A stretch of DNA of 64,000 nucleotides from an uncultured Clostridia bacterium (GTDB lineage: Bacteria; Bacillota; Clostridia; TANB77; CAG-465). The notes under the pieces were generated by a model. It saw only the letters and a list, made by a program, of their open reading frames with translations, searched no databases and was not told the DNA's origin. Of this stretch, positions 59,287-64,000 are shown piece by piece. The stretch covers positions 350-64,349 of the forward strand of contig CALXAR010000001.1 of the NCBI GenBank assembly GCA_944386345.1, read 5' to 3'. The position numbers were made by a program, and so were the translations under genes. Position 1 is the stretch's first letter, and every line of letters begins with the position of its first letter.

Positions 59287-59928
59287 GTGTATAGCAACTT
59301 TGAGATAAAAGAGTTTACACAACAATTACAAAATTTCTGCTCTAAAGCTCAGAGCAAAAAAGTATTAAAAAATAACACAATAACAACTTATATAAAAAAT
59401 AGGAATCAATTTTGTATTTTAAAAAAAGGGAAAGCTGATATAATAAGATACGATGTTAATGGAAATAAAACTATAATTGAGACTCTAAAAGAACAGGATA
59501 TCTTTGGAGAACTTTTCTTTCCAATAAAAAATAGTAATGAAATCTTTGTTGTTGCTAAGACAGATTGTGAAGTTATATATTTTTTATATGAAGACATAGC
59601 CAAAAAATGTAATAATTCATGTAAATTTCATGAGGAACTAAATTCCATTTTATTAAGTCTATTAACAAATAAAATTATAACTCAAAATATACGAATTAAG
59701 CTTTTAACAAAAAGAAGTATAAGAGGGAAACTACAGTCATATTTTGATTCACTTTCTAAAAGTTTATCCTCTAATACTTTTCTTATACCAATGTCATATA
59801 CCGACCTTGCCGATTATTTAAGTGTAGATAGAAGTGCAATGATGAGAGAACTCAAATCTCTACATGAAGATGGTTTTATAATAAAAAACGGTAATAAAAT
59901 AACATTAAACAAAGAAAAAAAGAGTTAA
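59287..59928 (+). CDS. Crp/Fnr-family transcriptional regulator (cNMP-binding + C-terminal HTH)
   Basis: 213 aa. GTG start with GGAGGTG RBS. GELFF motif in the beta-roll, C-terminal HTH MSYTDLADYLSVDRSAMMRELKSL. Confidence 0.75.
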   Translation: MYSNFEIKEFTQQLQNFCSKAQSKKVLKNNTITTYIKNRNQFCILKKGKADIIRYDVNGNKTIIETLKEQDIFGELFFPIKNSNEIFVVAKTDCEVIYFLYEDIAKKCNNSCKFHEELNSILLSLLTNKIITQNIRIKLLTKRSIRGKLQSYFDSLSKSLSSNTFLIPMSYTDLADYLSVDRSAMMRELKSLHEDGFIIKNGNKITLNKEKKS

Positions 59929-59960
59929 TCTAATTTATTTTAGATTAACTCTTTTTTTTA
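59925..59960. terminator. Bidirectional terminator between the Crp/Fnr and SseB-like genes
   Basis: gttaatcta-atttattt-tagattaac hairpin followed by TTTTTTTT. Confidence 0.55.
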
Positions 59961-60704
59961 TTCTTTGTTATAAAACGGAGTAAATTTTTCCATTGCTTTT
60001 TTTCCCAAATCAGTATTTGCTGGTAAAAGATTTAATGGCATACTATTTAAAAAAGGTATTGCTGCACTAGCAATTGTATTAAAGCATTCTTTCTCTTCTC
60101 CATCTGCATCAATTATAACTAAATAACTTAATTTTTCATTTTTTGTCATTAGCATTAAATATGCTTTTTTTACTTTTGGCATATTTAAGAATAAATCACA
60201 TAATTTTTTTACTAGTTCATGAGGATATTCTTTTGGCATTCCAAGTTCTACAGTAGAATCCTTTTCTAAAACAGTCTCTTGAGTTATATTGCTTTTTATT
60301 TCTTTTATCATTTCCTTTGTAATAGCTATATTACATCCCTTAGGATCAATTACAAAACCATCTATATTATCATTATTAGTAATTATCATTGCATAGTCTT
60401 CAAAAGTATATATTATTGACTGCTGGACTTTAGATTTTTGCCACTTATTTACTTCTTCATCACTTGTAAATGCAATTAAAAAAGTTTTTTCATCTTTAGT
60501 TTTTATAATAGAAAACTGTATTTTAGTGTTCTTATTAATTTCTATTTTTCCTCCACCTTTAGGAGCAGATTCTAATATAACAGGACATAAAAATCTAGAT
60601 TTTAAGATTTCTGATATAACCTGATTTTGCACTTCCATTGTTTTTTCTTCTTTAAGTTTTTCTATTAACTCAATTAATTTTTTATTATCTACATTATTTT
60701 CCAT
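59958..60704 (-). CDS. SseB-like protein
   Basis: 248 aa. N-terminal region (FLCPVILESAP...FLIAFTSDEE) fits the SseB fold pattern. Confidence 0.4.
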   Translation of the reverse strand: MENNVDNKKLIELIEKLKEEKTMEVQNQVISEILKSRFLCPVILESAPKGGGKIEINKNTKIQFSIIKTKDEKTFLIAFTSDEEVNKWQKSKVQQSIIYTFEDYAMIITNNDNIDGFVIDPKGCNIAITKEMIKEIKSNITQETVLEKDSTVELGMPKEYPHELVKKLCDLFLNMPKVKKAYLMLMTKNEKLSYLVIIDADGEEKECFNTIASAAIPFLNSMPLNLLPANTDLGKKAMEKFTPFYNKE

Positions 60705-60873
60705 AGTGTTCCTCCTATTACGTACTATAATATCATAAAGTATTTTAAAAATCTACATTTTTAGATTACTTTACTAAATTTATACTATTAACATAAGCTC
60801 ATATAATAATATTATTTGATTTAATATATAATTATATCCATATTTTTTACTAAAATGAAATTATTATGTATCT

Positions 60874-61854
60874 TTATTTTTTCATAGAAGAAACTAACGC
60901 TTTATAATAATTATAATGAGTCTTTTTAAATTTATTCTCATTATAAAAGTCTTCTATATCTTTATCGCTCATCCAAGTTATATCATCTACCTCTTCTTTT
61001 TGTATTTTAACCTCATTAATATCAATTATCTTTTCTAGATAATAAATGTCAGCAAACTTCTTCTTCCTTTGGACAGTTGTAATTAGTTTAAGCTCTTTTT
61101 CCTGTACAGTTAAACCGAGCTCTTCTTTTATTTCTGTAATCATACCTTGAATACTTGTTGTACCACTTACTGGATGTCCAGATGTAGTAGCCCATTTTCC
61201 ACCTTTATCTTTTGTTCTTTTTTGCATCAACCATTTTTTATTTTTTGGATTAAAAATAAATACAACAACAGTTACATATTTTAAGCCTTTAGGTTGAATA
61301 CCATCCTTTAGCATTTTTTTATTTACTGGCTTTCTATTATTATCATATAAATCTCTATACTCTGTATAATACTTAATATATTTGTTATACTCAGTATATG
61401 TATTTATACCCAAAAATATTACTGAAATAATAATTAAAATAATATCTCCTACCCATATTCCTGCAAAAACTAAAGAAAGAGACATTGATAAAAATAGTGG
61501 TACCTTAATGTAGAAAAATCTACTATATAATTCTTTTTCAGCTCTTCCTCTTATAATATATCTAATATATAATTCATAATAAATTATATAGAAAAAACAC
61601 ATTATTCCAAACCACAAATCTGCATTTTTTATATCAAACAGTTCAGTTTTTATAACTAAAAATATTAAATTTAATACATAAATAAATTTACTAACTAAGC
61701 CTAAAATCTTTATCTTCTTATCTTTTATCTTTTTTCTAAATTTTGGCCTAAAGAAAGTATATGTAAACAATATAGGAATAACTGATATTATAGCAAGTAC
61801 AACTCCTAAATATGGTGTTGTATTTGAGTTAAATAAATCTATATTCTCCATCAT
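60874..61854 (-). CDS. Membrane-anchored NUDIX hydrolase (N-terminal 4-5 TM domain + C-terminal Nudix domain)
   Basis: 326 aa. Nudix box GHPVSGTTSIQGMITEIKEELGL (Gx5Ex7-[R/T]EUxEExGU) in the C-terminal 140 aa; the N-terminal 170 aa are hydrophobic. Confidence 0.5.
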   Translation of the reverse strand: MMENIDLFNSNTTPYLGVVLAIISVIPILFTYTFFRPKFRKKIKDKKIKILGLVSKFIYVLNLIFLVIKTELFDIKNADLWFGIMCFFYIIYYELYIRYIIRGRAEKELYSRFFYIKVPLFLSMSLSLVFAGIWVGDIILIIISVIFLGINTYTEYNKYIKYYTEYRDLYDNNRKPVNKKMLKDGIQPKGLKYVTVVVFIFNPKNKKWLMQKRTKDKGGKWATTSGHPVSGTTSIQGMITEIKEELGLTVQEKELKLITTVQRKKKFADIYYLEKIIDINEVKIQKEEVDDITWMSDKDIEDFYNENKFKKTHYNYYKALVSSMKK

Positions 61855-61937
61855 TTCATCTCCTAAACATACAGTATATTATATCATAACTAAAAATATT
61901 ATAAAAGAGAAAAAAAGAGTTTCTATTTATAGAAACT

Positions 61938-62882
61938 CTATATTATTAAATATGCTATATATCCACTATAGATTAAAAGGTAAATTATTCCATTTAATCT
62001 TGTCATTGTATTTTTTCTTCCAAAATACGCAAATGCTAGTAATAGAAAACTAACAAAAATTAATAGTAAGAAATCTGTATTATATGACAGACTATATGAA
62101 ATTGGTGTAATTATAGATGACACCCCTAATATAAATAATAAATTAAATATATTAGAGCCTACTATATTTCCTATAGCTATATCAATTTCACCCTTTATCC
62201 CAGCAACAACTGAAGTTATAAGCTCGGGCAAACTTGTACCTATTGCAACAATTGTTACACCAATTACTTTTTCTGACACACCTAATACTTTTGCGATACT
62301 AACAGCATTATCTACACTTATATCTGCGCCATACTTTAGCAAGATAATTCCTAGTATAACTTTTAAAATTGATATTCCAAGATCTTTTTTTGTAACATTA
62401 CTCTTACTAGTATTATTTGACATAGATTTTTGGGCAAGTTTTATAGTATACAATATAAAAACTATAAATACAATAGATAGTAATAAACCATCTACTCTAC
62501 TAATAGTTTCACCGATATTTGCTACTAAAAAAACAATTACCGTCGAAAAAATCATTATAGGTATATCATATTTTTTTGTAGTTTTTGAAAAAACAAGAGG
62601 TACAATTAAAGATGTAAGTCCTAGTATAAGCATTAAATTACAAAGATTGCTACCTATTACATTTCCAATAGATATATCGGCATGTCCACCAATAGCTGAA
62701 GTTAAACTTACCATAAGCTCAGGCATAGATGTACCAATTGATACAATTGTAAGTCCAATTATAATCTCTGGTATATGATACTTTCTTGCAAAAGTACTAG
62801 CTCCATCAACGAGCCACTGAGCTCCTAACATGAGCATAAAAAAGCCAATAGCAATAAATACAATATTTTGTATCAAAAGCAT
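61938..62882 (-). CDS. Ca2+/cation antiporter (CaCA family, YrbG-like)
   Basis: Two alpha-repeats with GTSMPEL and GTSLPEL signatures; 314 aa, 10 TM helices. Confidence 0.8.
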   Translation of the reverse strand: MLLIQNIVFIAIGFFMLMLGAQWLVDGASTFARKYHIPEIIIGLTIVSIGTSMPELMVSLTSAIGGHADISIGNVIGSNLCNLMLILGLTSLIVPLVFSKTTKKYDIPIMIFSTVIVFLVANIGETISRVDGLLLSIVFIVFILYTIKLAQKSMSNNTSKSNVTKKDLGISILKVILGIILLKYGADISVDNAVSIAKVLGVSEKVIGVTIVAIGTSLPELITSVVAGIKGEIDIAIGNIVGSNIFNLLFILGVSSIITPISYSLSYNTDFLLLIFVSFLLLAFAYFGRKNTMTRLNGIIYLLIYSGYIAYLII

Positions 62883-63018
62883 CCTTCCTTTCCTTAAAAA
62901 TTATTCTAAGGTGTACCATACTCATAAATTTATGAGTAAAATTAAAAAAATGTACGCTATATATTATAGCACTATTATCGACAGATTACAACAAAAGAAG
63001 TAAAGCTTCGTTTAAGCT

Positions 63019-63717
63019 TTACTTCTTTATCAATTCTTTTAAAAACTGCGCTCCTCTTTTTGAAGCAATTTTTAAATACTCATCAAACTCTATATTATTA
63101 TTTCCATTTGGACTATCTGAAATACTCCTTATAACAATAAATGGTATTTTATCTAATGTACATATGTGAGCAACAGCAGCGCTTTCCATTTCAACACAAA
63201 TAGCGTCAAATTCCTCATATAATTTTTTTGCTAATTTTTTATCGGTACAAAACATATCTGCTGATGCCACTGTTCCTATATATACTTTATAACTATTACT
63301 TGTATCAATTTCATCCATGACAGCTTTACATTTTTCAACCAATTGTTTATCAGACTGTGTATATTTCCCAAGTCCTGTTATATAGCCTTTTTCATGTCCA
63401 AATGCTGTTATATCAAAATCATACTCAACAAACTTTTCACCTATTACAACATCAGTTATAATTAGCTTTTCATTTGTAGAAGCTGCAGTTCCTATATTTA
63501 CAATAAATTCAATATCAAAATTATCTATTAAAATCTGTGTAGTTCTTGCAGCATTTACCTTACCAATACCACATTCAACTAGTACACATTCTCTATCCTC
63601 AATAGTTCCTATATAAAAAACCAAATCAAAGATTACTTTTTCAGTTAAATTATCCATTATCTTCTTTATTTCCTGCATCTCCTCATTCATCGCAGCAATT
63701 ATTCCAATTTTTTTCAT
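63019..63717 (-). CDS. mtnN: 5'-methylthioadenosine/S-adenosylhomocysteine nucleosidase
   Basis: MKKIGIIAAMNEEM N-terminus, 232 aa PNP/UDP family. A terminator hairpin overlaps the 3' end. Confidence 0.85.
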   Translation of the reverse strand: MKKIGIIAAMNEEMQEIKKIMDNLTEKVIFDLVFYIGTIEDRECVLVECGIGKVNAARTTQILIDNFDIEFIVNIGTAASTNEKLIITDVVIGEKFVEYDFDITAFGHEKGYITGLGKYTQSDKQLVEKCKAVMDEIDTSNSYKVYIGTVASADMFCTDKKLAKKLYEEFDAICVEMESAAVAHICTLDKIPFIVIRSISDSPNGNNNIEFDEYLKIASKRGAQFLKELIKK

Positions 63718-63718
63718 T

Positions 63719-64000
63719 TTACTCTCCTTTATATGTTATACAAGATCTTATATCTATATCTTTTAATAATTCTCTTGCTTTTAAATCTACAAGCTCAATT
63801 AGTCCACAGACTCTTACAACTTTTCCCCCAAGGCTATTTATCATTTTTATCATTGCATCTATTGTTCCTCCAGTTGCAATAAGATCATCAATAATTACAA
63901 TTTTTTGCCCAGGTTTTATTGCATCTTTATGTATTTGTAATACTGCTGTACCATATTCAAGATTATACTCTTGTGAAATAGTCTCTCTTGGTAGTTTACC
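63719..64000 (-). CDS. apt: Adenine phosphoribosyltransferase (partial; N-terminus beyond window end)
   Basis: PRPP-binding motif [13 protein letters not shown]; stop overlaps the mtnN start (TAAAATG). Confidence 0.8.
   Translation of the reverse strand, partial: GKLPRETISQEYNLEYGTAVLQIHKDAIKPGQKIVIIDDLIATGGTIDAMIKMINSLGGKVVRVCGLIELVDLKARELLKDIDIRSCITYKGE

Noticed and set aside
1-64000. CRISPR arrays, tRNA/rRNA genes, transposases, integrases, phage genes
   Set aside because: No short regularly spaced direct repeats, no tRNA-like T-loop/acceptor structures, and no recombinase or transposase motifs were seen. The only substantial repeat is intragenic in the adhesin.

Overview
AT-rich (about 28% GC) chromosomal segment from a spore-forming Firmicute, Clostridia-like; spoVS is present and there is a pta-ackA pair. 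Nearly all genes are on the minus strand. The housekeeping backbone is: mreB-mreC-mreD-PBP2 with a DUF4321 gene and mtaB upstream; rodA; the hrcA-grpE-dnaK-dnaJ operon with a textbook CIRCE operator and a sigmaA promoter; pta-ackA; hisS; pheA-hisC; dusB; rdgB; mtnN; apt. It is interrupted by cell-envelope accessory modules. Module (i), 1-13.1 kb, is a glycopolymer locus. It has several GT2 and GT4-like glycosyltransferases, an unusual GT32-like domain fused to a 10-TM domain, and a GtrB-like/GT-C-like pair. It also has the TagG/TagH ABC exporter, TagD (CDP-glycerol synthesis) and a phosphohexomutase. Module (ii), 22.7-26.5 kb, is a second complete GtrA / GT-C / GtrB three-component glycosylation module plus a tiny membrane ORF. 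It is wedged between rodA and a leaderless Cu/Zn superoxide dismutase. Module (iii) is a 1764-aa surface adhesin built from Cna-B-like repeats with two near-identical 330-bp internal DNA repeats. Other points worth a second look: a hisS leader that carries a 12-codon ORF with three consecutive His codons followed by alternative hairpins and an intrinsic terminator (candidate His-sensing attenuator rather than a T-box); an operon of two tandem YfcE-type phosphodiesterase paralogs plus a small membrane protein; a TM-anchored solute-binding-protein-like protein; an orphan ATP-cone protein divergent from a Crp/Fnr regulator with a perfect 14-bp palindrome; a Nudix hydrolase fused to a membrane domain. 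No rRNA, tRNA, CRISPR, transposase or integrase was recognised. ORF-track starts include GTG/TTG codons translated as M; several starts were refined by RBS inspection.
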